Origin: a virus
Lineage: Duplodnaviria; Caudoviricetes
Virus record (IMG/VR): IMGVR_UViG_2693429827_000001
Coordinates: 4,085 to 68,084 of that record
DNA: 64,000 bases
Direction: 5' to 3' (one strand)
The notes beneath the pieces were generated by a model. It searched no databases. It was not told where the DNA came from and saw only the letters and a list, made by a program, of their open reading frames with translations. The position numbers were made by a program, and so were the translations under genes. Shown here one piece after another: positions 9,414-17,462 of this stretch (positions are counted from its first letter, which is position 1; each line of letters opens with the position of its first letter).

Positions 9414-11480
9414 TTACACTGCGAGTTTTCGTGCGATTGCGTCAGCCAGTCGTTCGGCGTCCGCTTCCTCGCGAATAACCGTTCCGTACATATTAACGAC
9501 AACGCCTCCACCATGACCCGAACCTGCGCCACCGTCACCGCGATATTTGCGCGCTTCGGTTGCGTTAAGTACCGTTTCATCCTTGTGTAATAACGCTGGA
9601 TAACGGTGATAGGGAACGCGGTCAAGTCCGCCGGAATGCGGTATTGCATTTTTCATAAAATTCAAGTTCGACTTAGTGATCTGTTGGGCCGATGGCTCTG
9701 AAAGCATGTTGAGTGGTGTGCCGCTCTTATTACCGAGTTTATTTCTACGCTCAGCTTTAAGACGAGCGCTGTCTTCTTCTGCGTAACCGCCCATCCATTC
9801 AGGTAGCACGTCACCAGTGAAGTCAAAGACCTTATTAACTACGTCGGTCTTGAGTGTGCTCTCTACAGCAGTAATAGGTGCTTGACCAATCCCATCCAAT
9901 ATGCCCTTTACGAGCGCAGTACCCATGCTTACACCGATAGCTGCAATTCGAGGAACCGCCGCTTCAAGTGTTGAAAGCATAAAGCTTGTCACATCACCAG
10001 TAAGTTCTCTAACTCCTGCCTTACCGCTAGATGCCCACCAGTCGTCAAATAAGTCTTTGATCTTACCAAAAGTAAAATCAACCTTTGCTGAAAGTGTAGG
10101 CAAATTACGGAACTCAGGGTTATCAATAAAGTTTTCCATTAGATATCTCTTAGCGCCATTGACCGCATCTTCCATTGCCTTAGTAATCGCGGGCGAATAT
10201 TTGTTAATGAAGTCTGCCGCTGCATTAGCGAGATCCTTAACGATCGGTAATGTTGGAAGCATAGCGGAAATTTGTAACGTTTCCCATGCGCCCTTAAACT
10301 GTTCAACCGCACCGGCTGCGTTATTCATTTTCTCTCTCGCGACATCGAGCGCAGTTACCTTAAGCATCTCGTCGTAGAACTTTTTAACGCCCGCCGCACC
10401 TTCTTTATAAAGGATATTTGCTGCACGAATACCGTCAGTTCCGAACAAATCGCGCAATGCGTCTTGGCGTTCACGTGCGGTTAGATCGCTTAAAGTGGTA
10501 CGCAAAACTCCGGCAATTTCGTCAAGCGACTTAAGCTCGTCGGAAGCGTTGTAAAACAGGTTAGCGCCCTTATTCGTCATGATGCCGAGATCCATCATAG
10601 CCTCGCGCGCTCTCTTCGTAGCCGGCGATAAATTCAGGAGCATCGACTTAAGCGACGTACCCGCGTCCGATCCCTTGAGACCGTTATTAGCAAACAATCC
10701 AAACGCTGTATTCGTATCCTTAAACGACATCCCGACGCCATCGGCGACCGCACCGACTGCCGCAAGTGAATAGCGCAGTTCGTGTACGCCTGTTGCCGAC
10801 GCATTCGCCGTTCCCGCGAGAATATCCGATGCTTGGGCCGCAGTTAATCCGTCCTTCTTAAACGCGTTAAGTGACGTCGACATAATCTCCGCGGCTTCCG
10901 CAAGTTCGAGACCGCCCGCCGTTGCGAGGTTTAGCGCAGCATTAAGAGCGCCCGCTTGAACTTGCGCCGGCGTTATTCCCGCTTTTAATAGTTCCTCAAT
11001 ACCTTTCGCAGCCTCTAGCGCTGAGTACTTCGTTTGCGCGCCTTGTTCGAGTGCGAGCGCCTGCATCTTCTTCATTTCCGCCTGAGTCGCGCCAGTTAAC
11101 GCCTTAATCGTAGACATTTGCGCTTCAAAATCCATCGCCTTATTTAACGATGAATAACCGAGGTAACCGGCAGCTCCGACGCCGATAGCTCCGATACCTA
11201 ACGCGCCGCCTGCCGCCATTTTCGATAAGCGTCCGAGCATGCCAAGCGCGTTTTTACCTGCGTTACCGAGTCCATCGAGTGCAGCTTTTTGTTTGTTGAT
11301 CGCGTTAACGGATCTACTCGTATCCTGCGTGAGACGAGCGTTAGAATCACGTAATTTATCAGTTGTATTACGGTAATTATCTGTCGATTGTTTAACTTGG
11401 CGGAGTTGCCGTTCAACGTCTTTAAGCGGAGAAGTCATTTCGTCCTTAAGCTTGAGTTTCGCAATCAGATCAAATGCTAT
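9414..11480 (-). CDS. Tail tape measure protein, probable ATA start
   Basis: TP901-type core (AMDFEAQMS, TKYSALEAA, GLKGSDAGTSLK). Frame extends to the ATA at 11480 ([M]AFDLIAKLKLKDEM) with AGGAGG 8 nt upstream; next ATG is 11438. Confidence 0.88.
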   Translation of the reverse strand: MAFDLIAKLKLKDEMTSPLKDVERQLRQVKQSTDNYRNTTDKLRDSNARLTQDTSRSVNAINKQKAALDGLGNAGKNALGMLGRLSKMAAGGALGIGAIGVGAAGYLGYSSLNKAMDFEAQMSTIKALTGATQAEMKKMQALALEQGAQTKYSALEAAKGIEELLKAGITPAQVQAGALNAALNLATAGGLELAEAAEIMSTSLNAFKKDGLTAAQASDILAGTANASATGVHELRYSLAAVGAVADGVGMSFKDTNTAFGLFANNGLKGSDAGTSLKSMLLNLSPATKRAREAMMDLGIMTNKGANLFYNASDELKSLDEIAGVLRTTLSDLTARERQDALRDLFGTDGIRAANILYKEGAAGVKKFYDEMLKVTALDVAREKMNNAAGAVEQFKGAWETLQISAMLPTLPIVKDLANAAADFINKYSPAITKAMEDAVNGAKRYLMENFIDNPEFRNLPTLSAKVDFTFGKIKDLFDDWWASSGKAGVRELTGDVTSFMLSTLEAAVPRIAAIGVSMGTALVKGILDGIGQAPITAVESTLKTDVVNKVFDFTGDVLPEWMGGYAEEDSARLKAERRNKLGNKSGTPLNMLSEPSAQQITKSNLNFMKNAIPHSGGLDRVPYHRYPALLHKDETVLNATEARKYRGDGGAGSGHGGGVVVNMYGTVIREEADAERLADAIARKLAV

Positions 11481-11665
11481 TGTTGTCTCCTCCTTTCCAC
11501 ATCAATTCGTCGCGCTTCTGCCTCTTCTTCTTCAAAAATCAACTGCATTGACGCAAACATAAAGAGTTGGTGCCGGCGATCCTTTGAATAAACTTCATCC
11601 GGCGGAATATGATGACGCTGGAATATTGCGTGCAACAGTCCGGCCTCACCTCCCGCCTTGATTAG
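11477..11665 (-). CDS. -1 frameshift extension of the tail assembly chaperone (gpGT-like)
   Basis: Open -1 frame LIKAGGEAGLLHAIFQRHHIPPDEVY...RRRQQ* reached via slippery A AAA AAC at 11665-11671. Confidence 0.75.
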   Translation of the reverse strand, partial: LIKAGGEAGLLHAIFQRHHIPPDEVYSKDRRHQLFMFASMQLIFEEEEAEARRIDVERRRQQ

Positions 11666-12030
11666 TTTTTTACATCTTCAATTGTCTCTTCTTCTTTTCC
11701 GTAGCCGGACAACGCTAGAATCTTTCCGACAAGTCTCGTAACTTCACCGGGCATTAACGCTTTGATTACGCAATCCGCCGAATCAGTCGCTTCGTAATGT
11801 TCGCGAAGGCTCTTATCGTTGAATGCCGGATCAACGCAACCTAGTGCAATTATTGCGGCGTTATGAAGCTGATCGTCGAGCTTATCGCCAATTGTTGCCT
11901 GATCTCCAGCGCGCTTAATTTCCTCAAAAGATAACGGACGAATCGTGAACTTAACGCCTAACCGCTTCATGTTTACCTCTTCTTTAATGTCCTTACTTGC
12001 GCCTAGTAGCGCCTGTAATGCTGATGCCAT
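11662..12030 (-). CDS. Tail assembly chaperone (XkdN-like)
   Basis: Between tube and tape measure; LMPGE...LSGY...VKN ending. Confidence 0.85.
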   Translation of the reverse strand: MASALQALLGASKDIKEEVNMKRLGVKFTIRPLSFEEIKRAGDQATIGDKLDDQLHNAAIIALGCVDPAFNDKSLREHYEATDSADCVIKALMPGEVTRLVGKILALSGYGKEEETIEDVKN

Positions 12031-12062
12031 CTATAATCAACCTCCCGGTTATTTTCGAAATT

Positions 12063-12085
12063 AAAAAGGCGAGCCGAAGCCCGCC
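12063..12085 (-). terminator. Intrinsic terminator after tail tube gene
   Basis: GGCGGGC-UUCG-GCUCGCC hairpin plus U5. Confidence 0.75.
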
Positions 12086-12092
12086 GCGTAGA

Positions 12093-12527
12093 TTAAGCGT
12101 TGATTTTATCGAGTAGCTCAGAGCCCGAGAAAACAAACGTGAGCTCTTGTTTTACGGTTGTTCCGTGTTCGTATCCCGCGAGCGGAATCTTGTCGAATGT
12201 GACGTTTTTCAGGCGAGCACGGTAGGCACCGTAAGCGGCCGGATCATCGAGTGTAACGATTAGCTCGGTAAAGAATGGCGCGCTCCGATTATTTGTAATT
12301 GCCATGATTTTCTCCATGAATGTCGTCGTTACTAGGAATCCATTAATTGAACCTGAGCCTTTAAGAGTCGTCGGCTTGTGTCCTAACCAACGATCTCCGG
12401 CAATCGGAATCTCTTCCATGCCGATAGCAACGTCAGCGGTAACACCCGTCACGTTTGTCATCCAGTTACCGTCAGCATCCAGGAGTTTCCCGTAGCTGCC
12501 GTCAATAGTTTTAGATGGGTCCAGCAT
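12093..12527 (-). CDS. Tail tube protein (XkdM-like)
   Basis: TIDGSYG, GHK...KGSG, LDDP.AYG, NVTFDKIPL motifs. Confidence 0.88.
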   Translation of the reverse strand: MLDPSKTIDGSYGKLLDADGNWMTNVTGVTADVAIGMEEIPIAGDRWLGHKPTTLKGSGSINGFLVTTTFMEKIMAITNNRSAPFFTELIVTLDDPAAYGAYRARLKNVTFDKIPLAGYEHGTTVKQELTFVFSGSELLDKINA

Positions 12528-12538
12528 CTAATCACTCC

Positions 12539-13579
12539 TTAAATGTTGATAGTGAGGAAAATACGTTCCATCGAATCAATCTCAACGTAACTAAGTGCAA
12601 GGAACACGGAGTCGCCAACGCTCGGACGTTGCGGATCAAGCGTTACAACTGGATCTGCGAGTACGCCTTCGCGCTCAAGCGTTTCGAGGTACGCTTTAAT
12701 CGCGACGATTAACGTTGCCTGACCGTCTGCGTTGTTGTTGAGTTTGCCGATGTAACTATCCGCAGCCGTTTTTGCAATGTCCGTTAGGATCGCTTGGCGT
12801 GCGCGAATTGTGCGGATTTTCTTCTTCGATGTGGTCAGTCCTTGCTCGACTTTGACTTTCTCGCCGTCATGAACCAACACCAAAGAACCCGCCTGCAGAG
12901 CCGAGTTGATTTGCGCATTTGTCAGACGCTTGTTGACGTCATCGAGCGGTGCTTGCTTATACGTAATGGCCGCATTAATCGCTGTGCCTGCGATGGCGCC
13001 CGCAAGCCATGGCGCATATTTAGCGGATTCGTACGTTACGCCGTTAACTACGCCGCCAACGATTTGATTAACGATGTAATCATCCGCATTCAGCGTTGTG
13101 CGCGCGTTGCCCGCCGTTGGGTCAGCGTCATTAGCTGCCGTTCCGCCGATTACCGCCATGAAGTGTTTACCTTCGTCGCGATTGCGGATTACCCACGTCT
13201 TCGTCGCCGCCTGTTCCGATACGGTCGATTCGCCATCGAACACGAATACGTTGAACGGTCGCGTGTCAAAAGCGTCGCGCATTGCGGTGTAGTCCGCAGT
13301 CGCCGGTGACGCCGGCATCGTATAAACGAGAACTTCCTTAGCGCCGCCTTGTAGCGCGAGTAGAATCGAGCCGATATTCGCAGAGCCGAACAATTCAGTC
13401 GCTTCCGCTTCCGTTGAAACCGTGAAGAACGCCTTCTTCGTAGCTGAGCCGCTATTTAACAGCGGAATTGCGACTGTACCACGTGCTCCTCCGCTGATTT
13501 GCGCTGCCGCTGCGGATTTAAAGATCGCGTAAATACCTGGGCGAATCGGTAGTGCCGTTGGGTCCCAAGTTCCTGCCAT
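12539..13579 (-). CDS. Tail sheath protein (short XkdK-like)
   Basis: MAGTW...IRPGIY, VKVEQGLTT, KIRTIR, YIGKLNNNADGQ, DSMERIF; ATG at 13579 with GGAGG. Confidence 0.88.
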   Translation of the reverse strand: MAGTWDPTALPIRPGIYAIFKSAAAAQISGGARGTVAIPLLNSGSATKKAFFTVSTEAEATELFGSANIGSILLALQGGAKEVLVYTMPASPATADYTAMRDAFDTRPFNVFVFDGESTVSEQAATKTWVIRNRDEGKHFMAVIGGTAANDADPTAGNARTTLNADDYIVNQIVGGVVNGVTYESAKYAPWLAGAIAGTAINAAITYKQAPLDDVNKRLTNAQINSALQAGSLVLVHDGEKVKVEQGLTTSKKKIRTIRARQAILTDIAKTAADSYIGKLNNNADGQATLIVAIKAYLETLEREGVLADPVVTLDPQRPSVGDSVFLALSYVEIDSMERIFLTINI

Positions 13580-13598
13580 TCGTTTCCCTCCCAAAATT

Positions 13599-13630
13599 AA
13601 AAAGAGCGCCCATGATGGACGCCCTCTTTT
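13599..13630. terminator. Intrinsic terminator-like hairpin
   Basis: AAAAGAG...CTCTTTT flanked GC stem. Confidence 0.55.
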
Positions 13631-13634
13631 CTGT

Positions 13635-14066
13635 CTATTCAAATCTTGTGTCTATGTGGTTGATCTTCTGCCACGATTTCTGCGGTATTGCCTCGCGCAC
13701 ATTGCCGGTTAATATCCCGATACACGCGTGCATTCCGCTCTCCATCTTAAAAGGCTGCGAATAAGCGAAGGACTCTACGCGGAAAGCTCCGATAGAGTCC
13801 GTTTCATAAACGTATTTACTTAGCGCATCCATCACCGGTAATATCGCCTGCGGAGTCTGCGCGAAATAGATGACTTGATACTCGCGATCAATCCGGTAAT
13901 GTACACCGGTCTCCTTCTCGCGGTCATCGTCAAGGAACCGTATGACGAACGTATCATTAACGGGTTTGTCCGGCACCGTTTGCTTCTCGTACTTTGCCGC
14001 CGGATACTTCGCTTTAATAAACGTTTCAATCGCGACTATTTCATCGAGTAATGCCACCGCTACCAC
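13635..14066 (-). CDS. Tail terminator/completion protein
   Basis: Position between the gp10-like and sheath genes; 143 aa. Confidence 0.65.
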   Translation of the reverse strand: MVAVALLDEIVAIETFIKAKYPAAKYEKQTVPDKPVNDTFVIRFLDDDREKETGVHYRIDREYQVIYFAQTPQAILPVMDALSKYVYETDSIGAFRVESFAYSQPFKMESGMHACIGILTGNVREAIPQKSWQKINHIDTRFE

Positions 14067-14485
14067 CCCGCCTTATCAAGACCGTCGCGTATTTCCTTTT
14101 CGATATCCGCGGACCACTTACGCTCGTTCTTCTTGCCCGGAATCTCCAGGAACTTCTTCTCCGTGCCCGGCGTTAGAAGATTCTTACCGCCCGCATCATG
14201 TTCGTGAATATAGTACGCATAGTTAAAGCGTCCGCTCTTCGACTGGACCGTAGCGTTCGCGCTAATCTCGCCCGTCATGTTGAGGCCGCCTTCTTCCGTA
14301 ATGTCCCCGACCGTAATCGAACGGCGTAACGTCGCTTCGTCAATTGGCGCGATATCAACGGATTCCGCTCTCCATTCGTCGAGTGCGTCGTGTAATCCGA
14401 TGCGCGCAGCATTAGCGGCAACTTCCGGAGACTTCTCGATAAGTTCCGCGAGCTTCGAAATATCAAACTCGAAGGATAACGACAT
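14060..14485 (-). CDS. HK97 gp10-like tail-component protein
   Basis: APID.ATLRRSI, NYAYYIHE, KFLE motifs. Confidence 0.8.
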   Translation of the reverse strand: MSLSFEFDISKLAELIEKSPEVAANAARIGLHDALDEWRAESVDIAPIDEATLRRSITVGDITEEGGLNMTGEISANATVQSKSGRFNYAYYIHEHDAGGKNLLTPGTEKKFLEIPGKKNERKWSADIEKEIRDGLDKAGW

Positions 14486-14802
14486 TACACGTACACCTCC
14501 GTAATAATCGGCTTACCGTTTAGCATGCGTTTTGGTTCGATAGCCAGCGGACTCCGTTCGATCGTATCGCCCAACTCGTTCGTATACGTAATGACGTCGT
14601 CGTAACGTACGTCCGGAAGCTTATCGAATATAATCGTCATGCTTGATACGGCCTCTTCGCCGACTTGATTCTTTACGATTTCAGTGCGTTCAGATACGCG
14701 CACCTTATACGTAATACTCACGCCTGGGACCGAACCGCCCCAACCGTCTGACGTGCCCGGCTTCGTAACGATAACCGTTTGTTTCAGCGGTATAATCGCC
14801 AT
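14485..14802 (-). CDS. Head closure/completion protein
   Basis: Neck-module synteny; DGWG and GEEAVS motifs. Confidence 0.65.
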   Translation of the reverse strand: MAIIPLKQTVIVTKPGTSDGWGGSVPGVSITYKVRVSERTEIVKNQVGEEAVSSMTIIFDKLPDVRYDDVITYTNELGDTIERSPLAIEPKRMLNGKPIITEVYV

Positions 14803-15197
14803 TACATCACCGTCCATTTAGGCGCGCGCTTATTTAGCTTAACTCCGTTTTCCGCTCCGATAATGTCGTAGGCCGTCTGCGGAATAAGTTTAGACAAGTC
14901 GCGATCCGGTCGGGATACTGTCGAGTCTTTATAGTCAAAACTGCCGACTTTATCAATCGTAAACCCCGTAATGCCATGCTGCGCCAACCGATTCGTATCG
15001 TTAAACACAATCGCGAGCACATTCGCAAATTCGTATACAGCCGCGTCAGGAATCGTATAGCTCGGATATTTCACGGCAAGCGTGCGAGATGCGACGTTAA
15101 CTATCCGTTGTTTTTTCGCCTCGTCTGCGTCCGTCCAATCCTCGATATCGATACAATTCGCGCTGATATAATCGTTTGCGTCTGCTACGTTAACCAT
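14802..15197 (-). CDS. Head-tail adaptor protein
   Basis: VADANDYI...W...KKQR...A.R.L, DAAVYE; follows the capsid genes. Confidence 0.65.
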   Translation of the reverse strand: MVNVADANDYISANCIDIEDWTDADEAKKQRIVNVASRTLAVKYPSYTIPDAAVYEFANVLAIVFNDTNRLAQHGITGFTIDKVGSFDYKDSTVSRPDRDLSKLIPQTAYDIIGAENGVKLNKRAPKWTVM

Positions 15198-15221
15198 CGC
15201 CTATCACCGTTCCCTCCGTTA

Positions 15222-15449
15222 TTATTCGGAGGCTTTGGCGGCGCCTTTACGCGGTTGTTTGGCGGCGGGCTTAACCGTTTCCTCCGGTTGTTCTTGCGGT
15301 TCGTCTACCGGCACTGCGTCGGACAATACGTCAAGTACCACGATTTCTTCCGGTGTTTTCGCTGCGTATACGCCATCCTTAAACTTGCGCTCAACGCCGT
15401 CAACGTAAAACGATAACTCGGCATAGCGCGAAGTATAATTCTTTGACAT
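15222..15449 (-). CDS. Small hypothetical head-associated protein
   Basis: 75 aa directly after the MCP, RBS GGAGG. Confidence 0.65.
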   Translation of the reverse strand: MSKNYTSRYAELSFYVDGVERKFKDGVYAAKTPEEIVVLDVLSDAVPVDEPQEQPEETVKPAAKQPRKGAAKASE

Positions 15450-15467
15450 CCGTGTTACCTCCGTTAT

Positions 15468-15501
15468 AAAAAGAAGCCCGGCGCAGTTAAGCGCTAGGCT
15501 C
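15468..15501 (-). terminator. Intrinsic terminator after major capsid gene
   Basis: AGCC-GCGC...GCGC-GGCT stem, U tract on the minus strand. Confidence 0.65.
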
Positions 15502-15519
15502 CGGTTATTTGCGGTCGGC

Positions 15520-16611
15520 TTACGCCAAACCTTTGATACGTGCGTGCGCTTGCTCTTGGTGGAGCTCGATAGTGTATTCGCCGACGATCATACCTTGGTA
15601 GTAGTCACCTTTCTTGCCGAGGTATTCATGCGCGAAGTCACGACCGCTCAAGGCTTTGATCTCTGTGCGGTTTTTATCCAGGATAAGAGCTTCGCCGGAA
15701 GCGAGGTTGTCATTAATGGAAACAGGGAACTCACCGAAATCCGTAGTCAATCGGGATACAACAGTACCGCGACGCGGATCGTTTTGGTCGATGCGCACCA
15801 AAGCTTCCCCAAAGCTAGACACGATGCGTTTTTGCTTCGCCGGAACAATGATCTCATAATTACCGCCAGTTGCAAATCCACCTTTAGTGTAGATGGCCTG
15901 CAGACTATCATTGATCATTCCAAGGGTAAGTGCCGCACCAAATGCATCCTTGACATTGGTTTGAATCAAGGAACGTACGCCGCCCATTTGACGGATCGCG
16001 CCGTTTTCGTATTTGATACCACCGATAACAGCTTTCTCCAACTGCAGAGCCAACTCCAACAGCTTTTTGGATTTTTCGTACTCGTAAATGTCATCAATAC
16101 CGTAGTTGTTAACCGCTGCAGCAGTGCCCGTGATTTCTACAGTGTCAGTAAAGATTTGCGTCAGGTTGGATTTACGTACGCGTGCCTTGTAACGAGCGTC
16201 ACGAGCATCCGCGCCTTCAACGCCTTCTGTAAATTGGAAGGACACAGTTGAACCGGACGGGATAACAGTCGCTGTAGTTCCGGCATATCCACGAGTTACT
16301 GTAAGAGTCTTAGTTCCGGAATTAATAGCTGTAACCTTAAGCAGCTCTTCTCCAACTTTAATCACGTCATTAACGCGGAATGGTTCTACGGAAGCAACAA
16401 CGACCGCTGTTCCTGCCGCAGTGACTTCCGCACCGGATACGGACTCAGTTGCGAACATAGAATCTTCGAACCATACATGCTCAACTTGGCTTACTGGATT
16501 AGAAAATCCAAGCATAGAAAGCATTGGCGTCTGATAAGGATTAAGGAGCAATAGCTCGTCTGTTACGGACTCGCGTTTACCAATCAAATCGTTATTAAAA
16601 ATTTTAGACAT
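15520..16611 (-). CDS. Major capsid protein (SU10/DUF5309-like) with beta-rich insertion domain
   Basis: TPMLSM, HVWFED, NLTQIF, YEKSKKL.EL..QLEKA, GEYTIEL motifs; follows the scaffold. Confidence 0.85.
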   Translation of the reverse strand: MSKIFNNDLIGKRESVTDELLLLNPYQTPMLSMLGFSNPVSQVEHVWFEDSMFATESVSGAEVTAAGTAVVVASVEPFRVNDVIKVGEELLKVTAINSGTKTLTVTRGYAGTTATVIPSGSTVSFQFTEGVEGADARDARYKARVRKSNLTQIFTDTVEITGTAAAVNNYGIDDIYEYEKSKKLLELALQLEKAVIGGIKYENGAIRQMGGVRSLIQTNVKDAFGAALTLGMINDSLQAIYTKGGFATGGNYEIIVPAKQKRIVSSFGEALVRIDQNDPRRGTVVSRLTTDFGEFPVSINDNLASGEALILDKNRTEIKALSGRDFAHEYLGKKGDYYQGMIVGEYTIELHQEQAHARIKGLA

Positions 16612-16647
16612 TCTCTTATTCCCCCATTAGGTAAGTTTTTGGGCATT

Positions 16648-16710
16648 AAAAAAGCGCCTCCGGTTTCGGAAGCGCAAAATAAAAAGGACACTCAATTTTA
16701 AAAGTGTCCT
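16648..16710 (-). terminator. Two tandem terminator-like hairpins between scaffold and MCP
   Basis: AGGACACT...AGTGTCCT plus U5, and GCGC.TCCG...CGGA.GCGC plus U6. Confidence 0.6.
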
Positions 16711-16714
16711 CGTG

Positions 16715-17401
16715 TTACTTATTTAGTTCACGTTTAAGCTGCGTAAACTTAGCGATGTTGCCCGGTGTCGGATTCGCCTTAACTTTCTCGGCCATCTCCG
16801 CAAGTAATTGATCCTTCGTTTTCTCCGGTTTCTGTTCGCCACCGCTTGCTCCACCGATCGGGTCCGGCTTCGACTTCGTTTGCTCCACGAGAAACGGTTT
16901 ATTTTCGATCAGCGCCTTAACTACGTCTTCTACGCCGACTGCGTTACCCTCGTCATCGACCGTTACCGCGGATAGGTCGGCGAGTTTCAACGCGTCATCG
17001 ATCGCATCTTTACGTACGTTCAGTTCGCGAGCGAGCGCTCGGAACTCCGCTTTAATCAAGCGCTGGTTAGCGGCTGTTAACGCCTGGTCACGCTCGGCTT
17101 TCGCTTCATCTGCGGCCTTAAGCGCTTCGGCTTTCTCGGCTTCGAGTCGTTCATGTGCGGACATCTCCGCTTTCTTACGCTCCTCTTCCGCCTGTTCAAA
17201 TTCCGTAAGCTTCGTTTTCAAATCGTCATAGTCTCCGTATTTCTTCCGTTCGCGCGATAATCTATCGGTAATCAACCGGTCAACTTCGTCCTGCGTAAAT
17301 GTCTTCGGTGGCTGCGGATCAGCCGGCGGATCTAGTGGCGGAGTCGGGTCCGGTTCGCCTGCGAACAATTGAAGATTAAGCGGAAATCTAACGTTTTTCA
17401 T
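16715..17401 (-). CDS. Capsid scaffolding protein
   Basis: LNLQLFA Prp-cleavage motif, KTFTQDEVD...RL.RE, coiled coil. Confidence 0.9.
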   Translation of the reverse strand: MKNVRFPLNLQLFAGEPDPTPPLDPPADPQPPKTFTQDEVDRLITDRLSRERKKYGDYDDLKTKLTEFEQAEEERKKAEMSAHERLEAEKAEALKAADEAKAERDQALTAANQRLIKAEFRALARELNVRKDAIDDALKLADLSAVTVDDEGNAVGVEDVVKALIENKPFLVEQTKSKPDPIGGASGGEQKPEKTKDQLLAEMAEKVKANPTPGNIAKFTQLKRELNK

Positions 17402-17462
17402 CGTATATCCTCCCGTTTAAAGCCCGTCGGCTATCGATTAGCAAACCGCTTAGTTTAACGTC

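Noticed and set aside
2522-13579. Tailocin or PBSX-type defective element
   Set aside because: Complete terminase, portal, capsid, replication and integrase genes are present
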